Origin: Anaerolineae bacterium
GTDB lineage: Bacteria > Chloroflexota > Anaerolineae > Aggregatilineales > Phototrophicaceae
Direction of reading: 5' to 3'
Length of the DNA stretch: 61,724 bases
Assembly (NCBI GenBank): GCA_034437755.1
Contig: DAOTTV010000078.1
Span: 64,001-125,724 of the forward strand
Shown here in pieces: positions 1 to 7,663 of the stretch. Numbering within the stretch: the first letter of the stretch is position 1; each line of letters begins with the position of its first letter. A model generated the notes under the pieces. The model ran no database searches. It was not told the DNA's origin and saw only the letters and a program-made list of their open reading frames with translations. Made by a program: the position numbers and the translations under genes.

Positions 1-669
1 ATCGATGACGTTCGCAGTACGGCGATGTATCGCGCTGAGATGGTGAAAGTACTTGTGGCGCGTGCCCTGCGTCATATCGCTGATGAACGCCATGACACCC
101 TACCCCATAATCCAGCAATGCTGTGGGATCACAATCGCGCGCGGGTCAATGGCAATCATCTACCGGCCCAAACCCGACACGATAACGATGCACCAATCAG
201 CACGACCATCAACGGCAAACAGGTGACCCTTAAGACAGGACAGAGCAAAACGCTGTTACACTGGTTGCGAGAAGATGCCGGTTTAACAGGCACAAAAGAA
301 GGTTGTGCCGAAGGCGAATGTGGCGCATGTACGGTTTTCCTCGATGGTGTGGCGGTGATGGCGTGCATGGTCGCGGCACCCCGCGCTCACGATGCGACAA
401 TCGTCACCGTCGAAGGCTTGCAACAAGATGAACACCTGCACCCGATTCAGGAAGCCTTCATCGATCATGCGGCGGTGCAATGTGGCTACTGCACGCCGGG
501 ATTTTTGATGTCCGGCGCGAAGCTCCTCGAAGAGCATCCACACCCGACCGACGAACAAATTCAGCAGAGCATCAGCGGGAATCTCTGTCGTTGTACGGGA
601 TATTACAAGATTATCGATGCGTTTAAGCAAGCGCGTGAACACGACGCACAAACACAAAAGGAGAGCTAA
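1..669 (+). CDS. Small subunit of a xanthine dehydrogenase / CO dehydrogenase-family enzyme, 5'-truncated by the window edge. The tail of a CoxM-like FAD-binding domain is fused to a CoxS-like [2Fe-2S] subunit.
   Basis: Frame 1 is open from nt 1. '[21 protein letters not shown]' resembles the conserved C-terminus of CoxM/XdhB FAD subunits. '[20 protein letters not shown]' and '[15 protein letters not shown]' are the two cysteine clusters of 2Fe-2S subunits. Stop TAA at 667-669. Confidence 0.8.
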   Translation: MDDVRSTAMYRAEMVKVLVARALRHIADERHDTLPHNPAMLWDHNRARVNGNHLPAQTRHDNDAPISTTINGKQVTLKTGQSKTLLHWLREDAGLTGTKEGCAEGECGACTVFLDGVAVMACMVAAPRAHDATIVTVEGLQQDEHLHPIQEAFIDHAAVQCGYCTPGFLMSGAKLLEEHPHPTDEQIQQSISGNLCRCTGYYKIIDAFKQAREHDAQTQKES

Positions 670-1074
670 ATGTCAGACAATTTTGGCGGCAAGTATCAAG
701 AGAAAAAGAAGCAACCCCTGCGTCCCTTCTTATCGGTGATCGGGCTGATTATCCTCGGTTTGGGGATTGCAGGCGCGTACTACGGATCAGAGCCGGTAGC
801 CTCATGGTTATTACAGCAAGATTTTCTGGCAGGGGCGGCACTTGATTTACAGACCTTACGCATTTTAGTCGGGGTTGTGACTGTTCTGATCACGATCAGT
901 ATCTTCGCGGCGGCGTTTGCGATTTTCCAACCAAAGACCAGTAAGCTGGTTGATGAGCAAACCCTGAAGAAAGAGAAAGAGCAAAAAGAAGCCGAAGAAC
1001 GCCGTAAGAAGAAGCGTCGTCAAGCCATGCTTGCCAAGATGCGCGATGCCAACAAAGATTTGAGCGAATTATGA
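670..1074 (+). CDS. Small membrane protein with two or three TM helices and a Lys/Glu-rich coiled C-terminus; hypothetical.
   Basis: The ATG follows the upstream TAA with no gap (TAAATG), which indicates translational coupling. There are hydrophobic stretches and a KKEKEQKEAEERRKKKRR tail. A terminator lies downstream. Confidence 0.6.
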   Translation: MSDNFGGKYQEKKKQPLRPFLSVIGLIILGLGIAGAYYGSEPVASWLLQQDFLAGAALDLQTLRILVGVVTVLITISIFAAAFAIFQPKTSKLVDEQTLKKEKEQKEAEERRKKKRRQAMLAKMRDANKDLSEL

Positions 1075-1105
1075 GAGGGCGCACACCATCGCACCGATCA
1101 CGATG

Positions 1106-1137
1106 AGGGGACGACACCGAGCGTCCCTTTGTTGTTT
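1106..1137 (+). terminator. Rho-independent terminator.
   Basis: GGGGACG-acaccgag-CGTCCCC 7-bp stem followed by TTTGTTGTTT, 32 nt after the stop of the 670-1074 gene. Confidence 0.6.
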
Positions 1138-1242
1138 AGTTCTTTCGTATCTTGCGTGGTCAAGCTCTTTTTGTCCCCTTTTTGAAAAGGCTCTTATGTC
1201 GAACGTGTGCAATAGTCATTTAGGGCTTTGCCCTAAGACCCG

Positions 1243-1262
1243 TGAGCGTTTGCAAACGCTCA
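1243..1262. promoter_or_regulatory. Perfect 20-bp palindrome TGAGCGTTTGCAAACGCTCA, a candidate regulator-binding site or hairpin.
   Basis: Exact reverse-complement symmetry is seen in the sequence. It lies inside the hairpin-rich non-coding leader at 1139-1716. Confidence 0.35.
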
Positions 1263-1340
1263 ACCAAAACTTTCACAGCTTGCTCTTTTCAACTCTATTG
1301 CGTTGAAGACAACTGGTTTCAAAAGGCTTACGCCTTTTGC

Positions 1341-1387
1341 AGGGTGTGGGACAGCGTCCCACTTTGCACAGACTTTACACATGAGCC
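1341..1387 (+). promoter_or_regulatory. Copy 1 of a conserved 47-nt cis-element (AGGGTGTGGGA-N4-GTCCCAC-N-TTGCACA-N5-TACACATGAGCC) containing the palindrome GTGGGAC-N3-GTCCCAC.
   Basis: About 40 of 47 positions are identical to a second copy at 3482-3528. Both copies are followed by AACGTCAAA. The differences fall in the hairpin loop, plus one C-to-T change in the stem that would keep G-U pairing in RNA. Confidence 0.55.
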
Positions 1388-1716
1388 TTTGAAAAAAGGG
1401 AACGTCAAAAACTTTTGCTTTTTTGAGCGTATAGCGGTAACTACTCAGCCCTCACCCTAAATCCCTCTCCCGACCGCTACTATGTGTCTAGGAGAGGGAC
1501 TTCAACCGTGCTTGTCTTGAGGGCAGAAGCTGGCGTCAATCAATTGACCGGAGTAGTTACGTATAGCGTTCAAAATGAACAAGGTCAAGGAACGACAGTT
1601 CCTTGTGGGAGTGCGGGGGCAAAGCCCCTGCAACAAAAACCACGCGAAATCCCAAAGAGCCTGTTGTTTTACAGATCGCGCTCATGCAGACGAGACATAA
1701 CGAAAGGCGGATACCC

Positions 1717-3474
1717 GTGGATAGAACAGTACCGAAGATGGGCGGCAACGAGATCCAACTGTATATGCGGACATATTACTCACTTCTACGGTCGAGTGTC
1801 ACTGTGAAGATCGAGACGCTGGTCGAGAGTCATCTGGGCATTGAATCGTCACTGCACATCAACGGTGCGGACTATGAACCGGATGTATCGGCTCTGATTT
1901 ATAGCGCCTTGCGCCTGCCCCCCTGTGTGAAAGATACCAAGACCGTCCTCATCGGGCAGACGGAACAGTCATTCATCGAGGCTGGGTATACCGATATTCC
2001 CAGTTGGCGGCGGGTTTATGCGCCGGGGCGACGGCGGCGGATACACCATGATGGGCATGATATGCTAGTGGTGTATATCGTCAGCCGCTCTGACATTGAC
2101 GATTTGATCCCGATTTTGACGGCTTATCAGATCGAATGGAACAAGTTGCACCAACTCCTGCGGGATAGTGTGGCGCGTCAATTCCTCGACGAGAGGCGCG
2201 GACAACGTGAACGCCTGAGTGACTCCGAAATCGACGAACTCGCCAGCCACTTGAAGATGCTCCCGAAGGATTTACGCCGTCTCGAAATCGTGTGGCAGGA
2301 TGATTTTGTCGATACCATGCTAGAAGTCGCCGACGAACGGCGCGATATGGGAGTCGCTTTGATCTCGGGATCACTGGCAGATTATCGACGGGCAACCGCC
2401 TCATGGTGGAGCGAGTTGCGCCGCAACGTGATGGATGCCGGCGGGCCGGATGTCGAAAAGCGCCCGCTTTACTTCGTATCTAGCAACACACATTCGATTG
2501 TCAACTTGCTGACGGGCTTCGCCCGCCGCTATGAGCAGAGTCTTGTCGAATACGTCAAGAAGTATAACTACGAATCTCTGCTTGCCGAATACGAAGACAT
2601 CCAGACGCAATCACACAAGAGCCTTGAGAATTTCTTATATTATGTGCTGGGGCGGTTTCTCAACGATGAGGAGACCAACGCGCTCGAAGAACTGCGCGAA
2701 GCAGAGCACAACGTCGGTATCTATCGCGTGCCGAATCGTCATGGCTTCGAAATTGAAGCGCAGGTGATCGAACTCAACGAGTTACAACCGGAATGGTTAG
2801 ACACCCGCTTGCCCGCTAATTTCGATCTCAACACGATTTTGACCAGTGACGCGCTCATCTTGAATATCGATTATCCTTTGGGGATGGCGGCTTACGAGAT
2901 TCTGAGCCGCATCACCGAGCGCAACAGTCGTATCCACGGCGTGTATATCATGGGCAAAGCCGCCACGCTCAACGGGCGTGTGGGCGATGTCATGATTCCC
3001 AACGTCATCCACGATGAACACTCGCAGAATACGTATCTGTTCGATAATTGCTTCCATGCCAACGATGTGAACCCTTACATCGGGTTCGGTAACGTGCTGG
3101 ATAACCAGAAGGCGATCACCGCGCTGGGAACATTTTTACAGAATAGCGATTACATGACGGTTTTCTATCGTGAGGGTTACACTGATATTGAGATGGAAGG
3201 CGGCCCCTACCTCTCGGCAGTGTACGAAGCCTTCCGTCCGAAGCGGCATCCCTACAACGAAATCGTCAATTTGTATCAAGTGCCGTTCGACATCGGCTTC
3301 CTGCATTATGCGTCTGATACGCCGATGAAGAAGGGACAGAACCTAGGTGCGGGTAGCCTGAGTTATACCGGTGTTGAACCGACATATGCGTCAGCGATTG
3401 CGATTCTGCGGCGCATCTTCAAGCAGGAGATCGGGCGTTTGCGCTCGGATGCCGTCGCCATCGCCGGTGTGTAG
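1717..3474 (+). CDS. Uncharacterised two-domain protein. The roughly 380 aa N-terminal domain has no recognisable family. The roughly 230 aa C-terminal domain has a purine/uridine-phosphorylase / MTA-nucleosidase (PNP_UDP_1) fold.
   Basis: The long ORF runs 1603-3474. The start is uncertain: GTG at 1717 is preceded by AAAGGCGGA, and ATG 1684 and ATG 1738 are alternatives. The C-terminal motifs appear in the order typical of the phosphorylase superfamily: 'YPLGMAAYEIL', 'IMGKAATLNGRVGDVMIP', and 'DIEMEGGPYLSAVYEA', which carries the E-M-E ribose-binding motif. Confidence 0.6.
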   Translation: MDRTVPKMGGNEIQLYMRTYYSLLRSSVTVKIETLVESHLGIESSLHINGADYEPDVSALIYSALRLPPCVKDTKTVLIGQTEQSFIEAGYTDIPSWRRVYAPGRRRRIHHDGHDMLVVYIVSRSDIDDLIPILTAYQIEWNKLHQLLRDSVARQFLDERRGQRERLSDSEIDELASHLKMLPKDLRRLEIVWQDDFVDTMLEVADERRDMGVALISGSLADYRRATASWWSELRRNVMDAGGPDVEKRPLYFVSSNTHSIVNLLTGFARRYEQSLVEYVKKYNYESLLAEYEDIQTQSHKSLENFLYYVLGRFLNDEETNALEELREAEHNVGIYRVPNRHGFEIEAQVIELNELQPEWLDTRLPANFDLNTILTSDALILNIDYPLGMAAYEILSRITERNSRIHGVYIMGKAATLNGRVGDVMIPNVIHDEHSQNTYLFDNCFHANDVNPYIGFGNVLDNQKAITALGTFLQNSDYMTVFYREGYTDIEMEGGPYLSAVYEAFRPKRHPYNEIVNLYQVPFDIGFLHYASDTPMKKGQNLGAGSLSYTGVEPTYASAIAILRRIFKQEIGRLRSDAVAIAGV

Positions 3475-3481
3475 CGATTTA

Positions 3482-3528
3482 GGGTGTGGGATATTGTCCC
3501 ACGTTGCACAACGCGTACACATGAGCCA
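3482..3528 (+). promoter_or_regulatory. Copy 2 of the 47-nt palindromic cis-element, ending 26 nt before the GTG start of the Mo-subunit gene.
   Basis: AGGGTGTGGGATATTGTCCCACGTTGCACAACGCGTACACATGAGCC followed by aacgtcaaacgtGAGGAAGAGAGatcGTG. It sits directly against the ribosome-binding site of the next gene. Confidence 0.55.
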
Positions 3529-3553
3529 ACGTCAAACGTGAGGAAGAGAGATC

Positions 3554-5782
3554 GTGACCCAAGAAAAAACCATCGTCGTCGGGCAATCCGTCAAGCGCAT
3601 TGATGCGCGGGGCAAAGTCACAGGGGAGACCCCCTACCCCGGCGACATCGACATTGACGACCAACTGTGGCTGAAGATCAAATTCAGCGATCATGCCCAC
3701 GCACGCATCACAGCGATCGATACCAGCCAAGCAGAAGCAATCGCGGGCGTTGTCGCTGTGTATACGGCGGCGGATATTCCCTGTAATGAATACGGACTAG
3801 TCATCAAAGATCAGCCTGTGATTTGCGGAGTCGGGAGCGATCGCGTCGGCGCGGATGTGGTGCGCTGTTACATGGATTACGTCGCCGTCGTCGTGGCAGA
3901 GACGCCAGCGATAGCCGCCGAAGCGGTGAAGCACATTCATGTTGATTATGAGGTGCTTGCGGGCGTATACGACCCTGAAGAAGCGATGCAAGCAGGCGCA
4001 CCCCAGCTTCACCCCGATACCCCGCATAATCTCGTCGCGCAGTATCGCATTCGTAAGGGCGAGATGGACGGCATCTGGGAGCAGTGTGCCGCGATTGTCG
4101 AGGATACTTATGAGACGACATGGCAGGAACACGCTTATCTACAGCCCGAAGCTGGCTTGAGCTACATTGATGATGAGGGGCGCGTGACGGTCGTTGTCGC
4201 CGGACAGTGGAATCACGAAGATCAGGAGCAAATCTATCACGCGCTGGATTTACCGCCAGAACAAGTGCGCGTGGTCTACCCCGCGATTGGCGGCGCGTTC
4301 GGCGGGCGTGAGGATATGTCGGTGCAAATCGTGCTGGCAGTGGCGGCGTACAAGCTCCGTCGTCCCGTGAAAACTGTATGGTCACGCGAAGAGTCGATTT
4401 TGAACCACCATAAACGACACCCGATCACAATCCATGCCAGATGGGGCGCAGACGCTGACGGACGGGTGCTAGCCGTCGACGCGCGGGTGATTGGCGATGC
4501 GGGTGCGTACAATTACACATCGAACAAGGTGCTGGGCAACGCACAGTTGACAGCGACCGGCGCGTATGACATCCCGAATATTCACATCGATACCTACACG
4601 GTCTACACCAACAATATTCCCTGTGGCGCATTTCGGGGCTTCGGGGCGGTGCAGGCGCTCTTCGCCGCCGAGGGACAGATGAACAAACTCGCGGACGCGC
4701 TCGGCATTGATCCGGTCGAAATCCGACGGCGCAATGTCTTTCGCGAAGGCAGTTTGCAATCAACGGGAACGCCCCTGCCTAAGGGCGTGTCGATCGCGAA
4801 AGTAGTCGAGGCCTGTGGCTTACAGAGCTACTGGCAACAGGATGCAGACGGCACGTTTGCCCTGCCACCAATGGAGCAACCAGCTGACCCCAGCAAGCGG
4901 CGCGGTATCGGCTTTGCGTGTGGCTATAAGAATGTCGGTTACAGCTTCGGCTTCCCAGAGCGCAGTTGGGCGATGATCGAACTACATGGCAGGAGAGAGA
5001 TCGAAGAAGTAGTCGTGCGGCATGGCGGCGCGGATGTCGGGCAGGGCGCGCACACAGTCATCGTGCAGATGACAGCCGAGGCGACCGGCGTTGAGATCGA
5101 CAAGGTGCGGCTAGTAACCGCCGATACCGCCGAACATGACACATCCGGCAGTGCTTCGGCATCACGTTTGACCTTCATGGCGGGCAACGCGATTCGGGGT
5201 GCGGCGGAGAAAGCGCTCGCTGCATGGCAAAACGAAGATCGTCCGGCAACGGGTGAGTTTCTGTATCGTCCGCCCAAGACGACCCCCTTCGACCCTCTAA
5301 CGGGGCGCAGTGAGCCGAACTTCGCCTACGGGTATGTGGCGCAGGCAGTCGAGGTCGAAGTCGATATCGAAACCGGACAGATCCAGGTCACACGTGTGGT
5401 CAGCGCTCATGACGTTGGCAAAGCCGTGAACCCGCAACTGATACAGGGACAGATTGAAGGCGGGGTCGTGCAAGCCCTGGGCTATGCACTGATGGAGTAT
5501 CTCGTCAGCGAACAAGGGCGCATCAAGAATCCCTATCTATCAACTTATATCATCCCGACGGTGCTGGATGTTCCGGTCGAGGTGAAATCGGTGATTTTAG
5601 AATATCCCGATCCGATCGGGCCGTGGGGGGCGCGTGGCATGGCAGAGATGCCGATGCTCCCGCTGACACCGGCAATCGCGGCGGCAGTGCATCAGGCGAC
5701 TGGTGTTTGGTTAAACGCCCAACCGTTCACGCCGGATCGGGTCGTTATGGCTCTGCGTCAACGGGGCATTGGTGTTATTTAA
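3554..5782 (+). CDS. Molybdopterin-binding large subunit of a xanthine dehydrogenase / aldehyde oxidase-family enzyme (CoxL/XdhA-like).
   Basis: 742 aa. GTG start with RBS GAGGAAGAGAG. The a/b-hammerhead N-terminus is 'VGQSVKRIDARGKVTGETPY'. 'GGAFGGRED' and 'GFRGFG' are Mo-cofactor-binding motifs. Its size fits the family. Confidence 0.9.
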   Translation: MTQEKTIVVGQSVKRIDARGKVTGETPYPGDIDIDDQLWLKIKFSDHAHARITAIDTSQAEAIAGVVAVYTAADIPCNEYGLVIKDQPVICGVGSDRVGADVVRCYMDYVAVVVAETPAIAAEAVKHIHVDYEVLAGVYDPEEAMQAGAPQLHPDTPHNLVAQYRIRKGEMDGIWEQCAAIVEDTYETTWQEHAYLQPEAGLSYIDDEGRVTVVVAGQWNHEDQEQIYHALDLPPEQVRVVYPAIGGAFGGREDMSVQIVLAVAAYKLRRPVKTVWSREESILNHHKRHPITIHARWGADADGRVLAVDARVIGDAGAYNYTSNKVLGNAQLTATGAYDIPNIHIDTYTVYTNNIPCGAFRGFGAVQALFAAEGQMNKLADALGIDPVEIRRRNVFREGSLQSTGTPLPKGVSIAKVVEACGLQSYWQQDADGTFALPPMEQPADPSKRRGIGFACGYKNVGYSFGFPERSWAMIELHGRREIEEVVVRHGGADVGQGAHTVIVQMTAEATGVEIDKVRLVTADTAEHDTSGSASASRLTFMAGNAIRGAAEKALAAWQNEDRPATGEFLYRPPKTTPFDPLTGRSEPNFAYGYVAQAVEVEVDIETGQIQVTRVVSAHDVGKAVNPQLIQGQIEGGVVQALGYALMEYLVSEQGRIKNPYLSTYIIPTVLDVPVEVKSVILEYPDPIGPWGARGMAEMPMLPLTPAIAAAVHQATGVWLNAQPFTPDRVVMALRQRGIGVI

Positions 5783-5842
5783 ACGTTATCCAAATCATGA
5801 TATGATAGGCGTAACGCACCGGATATTTTTCATGAGATAGCG

Positions 5843-7231
5843 ATGAAACTCAAACAAGCATTCGCGGTTGTTCGTGGCGATGTCGTGGCATTCGTCGGCG
5901 CAGGTGGCAAGACATCAGCGTTGATTGGCTTAGGCTATGAACTGGCAGATACAAGCTGGCGTGTGCTGGCGACGACGACCACATACCTTGATGAAGAACA
6001 ATTACAACTGATACCACACGCTGTGCGCGTACAATCCGCACCGCATATTATCTCACAAGCCCTGTCGGAGCATGGCTTCGTCTTTCTGTACGACGCTATC
6101 CGGCATGGCAAAGTATACGGCGCATCCATTGAGCAGACCAAGACCCTGCTTGATACTGTCGATAGCGATGTTCTGCTGGTCGAAGCCGATGGCGCGGACG
6201 GTCTCGATTTCAAAGCGCCCTACGCACACGAGCCGACCATCCCCAAAGAAGCCTCGCTTGTGATTCCGGTCGCGTCTTTGAGCATTCTCAATAAGCCACT
6301 CGATGAAGAACACGTCTATAACCCGCAGGCGATGATCGATAAGTACGGCTTTTATCATGGCAGTGGCGTACGCTCGCCGTGGATTGCACAGGTGTTGCGC
6401 GATGAAGAATTAGGATTGCGCGGCATCCCAGAAAAAGCCCGCGTGACTGTTTTCATCAATCAAACGCCCGACGACGGCTATTTGCGCGGTCGCGCCCGCT
6501 TGATTGCTCAGTTAACGCTCAAAACACCGCGCATTCACAGCGTCGCGCTCGGCTCAGTGCGGGCGGCTGACCCCGTGTGCGAAGTCCAGCGATCGGTCGG
6601 AGCGATTGTGCTGGCAGGCGGGCAAGCATCGCGCATGGGACAACCCAAGCAACTGCTCCCGTGGGCAGATGGCAAGACGATCATCGAGCATATCACAACG
6701 CAGTTGATACGTGCGCGCATCGGTCAGATTAACGTTGTGACGGGGTACTATGCCGATCAAGTGAAGCAGGTGGTTAAGCCACTCGGCGTGCAGGTCGTAC
6801 ATAATCGCGCTCATCGCACGGGTGATATGCTCTCATCGTTGAAAGCCGGTTTACGCGCCATGCCCGATCACGTTGCCGCGACCCTGGTCGTCCTCGGTGA
6901 CCAGCCCCGCATCCAACCCCACATCATCTACAAGGTACTGATGGCGTATGCCGAAGGCAAGGGCGACATCATCGCGCCGAGCTTCAACATGCGCCGCGGA
7001 CACCCGATCTTGATCGACCGCAAATACTGGGCAGAATTCCTCGACCTACGCAACGACAAATCACCGCGTGATGTCATCAACGCGCACAACGACGACATTT
7101 ACTATATTAACGTCGATACTGACAGCATCCTGCGCGATATTGATACGCCGGCAGACTATGAAGACGAACGCTTACGCGCCGGTCTGCGGCGCATTGATCC
7201 GCATTATCGCCAGCAATCGGACGCATCTTAG
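5843..7231 (+). CDS. Fusion protein. The N-terminus resembles YqeC, an accessory protein of selenium-dependent molybdenum hydroxylases. The C-terminus is a MocA/MobA-like molybdenum-cofactor cytidylyl/nucleotidyltransferase.
   Basis: The N-terminal 'VVAFVGAGGKTSALIGLG..RVLATTTTY' is the YqeC-type P-loop signature. The C-terminal 'AIVLAGGQASRMGQPKQLLPW..GKTII' and 'VVLGDQP' are the MobA/MocA NTP-transferase motifs. The gene follows the Mo-subunit gene after a 60-nt gap. Confidence 0.7.
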   Translation: MKLKQAFAVVRGDVVAFVGAGGKTSALIGLGYELADTSWRVLATTTTYLDEEQLQLIPHAVRVQSAPHIISQALSEHGFVFLYDAIRHGKVYGASIEQTKTLLDTVDSDVLLVEADGADGLDFKAPYAHEPTIPKEASLVIPVASLSILNKPLDEEHVYNPQAMIDKYGFYHGSGVRSPWIAQVLRDEELGLRGIPEKARVTVFINQTPDDGYLRGRARLIAQLTLKTPRIHSVALGSVRAADPVCEVQRSVGAIVLAGGQASRMGQPKQLLPWADGKTIIEHITTQLIRARIGQINVVTGYYADQVKQVVKPLGVQVVHNRAHRTGDMLSSLKAGLRAMPDHVAATLVVLGDQPRIQPHIIYKVLMAYAEGKGDIIAPSFNMRRGHPILIDRKYWAEFLDLRNDKSPRDVINAHNDDIYYINVDTDSILRDIDTPADYEDERLRAGLRRIDPHYRQQSDAS

Positions 7232-7277
7232 GCGTGGTGATCCGCTTGCACCTATCGCTGATAAGATGCCGATCGCA

Positions 7278-7514
7278 TTAGCCTTTGAACCATTTGATCA
7301 AGCGCGACACCACGCTCCGTCGATTATCGAGGCTTTGCTTATACTCGAGTTGTAATTGCTTTGTCAGATGCTCTAACTCGTTCAGTCGCATGCGTGCCCC
7401 GTTGACCACGACCCAATCACCATCGACTGCCCGTAAATCGCGGGGACGACGATTGTAGAGCTTTTCATAGGCTTCGGCGTAGTTCCGCATCAAGATCTCT
7501 GGGCTTTGCACCAT
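7278..7514 (-). CDS. Small conserved hypothetical protein (78 aa, charged, probably helical).
   Basis: Clean ORF divergent from punA, with an intergenic promoter region upstream. Confidence 0.4.
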   Translation of the reverse strand: MVQSPEILMRNYAEAYEKLYNRRPRDLRAVDGDWVVVNGARMRLNELEHLTKQLQLEYKQSLDNRRSVVSRLIKWFKG

Positions 7515-7663
7515 CGTGAGTCGTCTCCAGTTCTGATGAAAGTCATAACAGAGTATAACAGATTTTCATAATTTTGTGATAGCAGGCAACGACTTTTTTC
7601 TTGACTATTCAGGATTATTACCACTTCGATATAATTGAGCTGTACACATAAGGAGTTATCTTA

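Noticed and set aside
1103-1807. Three small plus-strand ORFs (67, 72 and 107 aa) in the 1.1-1.8 kb interval.
   Set aside because: They have no ribosome-binding sites and are overlapped by multiple hairpins and palindromes. The composition is non-coding-like. I treated the interval as a structured leader or possible RNA instead.
1603-3474. The possibility that the PNP-fold protein is an anti-phage ATP-nucleosidase effector (CBASS Cap17 or Detocs-like).
   Set aside because: There is no cyclase, receiver or SAVED/CARF partner, no mobile-element context, and the gene sits inside a molybdoenzyme and purine gene cluster with a shared regulatory motif. A metabolic role is more parsimonious. A defensive role cannot be fully excluded without structure searches.
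3804-4385. 193-aa and 111-aa minus-strand ORFs inside the Mo-subunit gene.
   Set aside because: They are antisense to a gene with strong family motifs. They are extremely Arg/Pro-rich and are an artefact of high GC.
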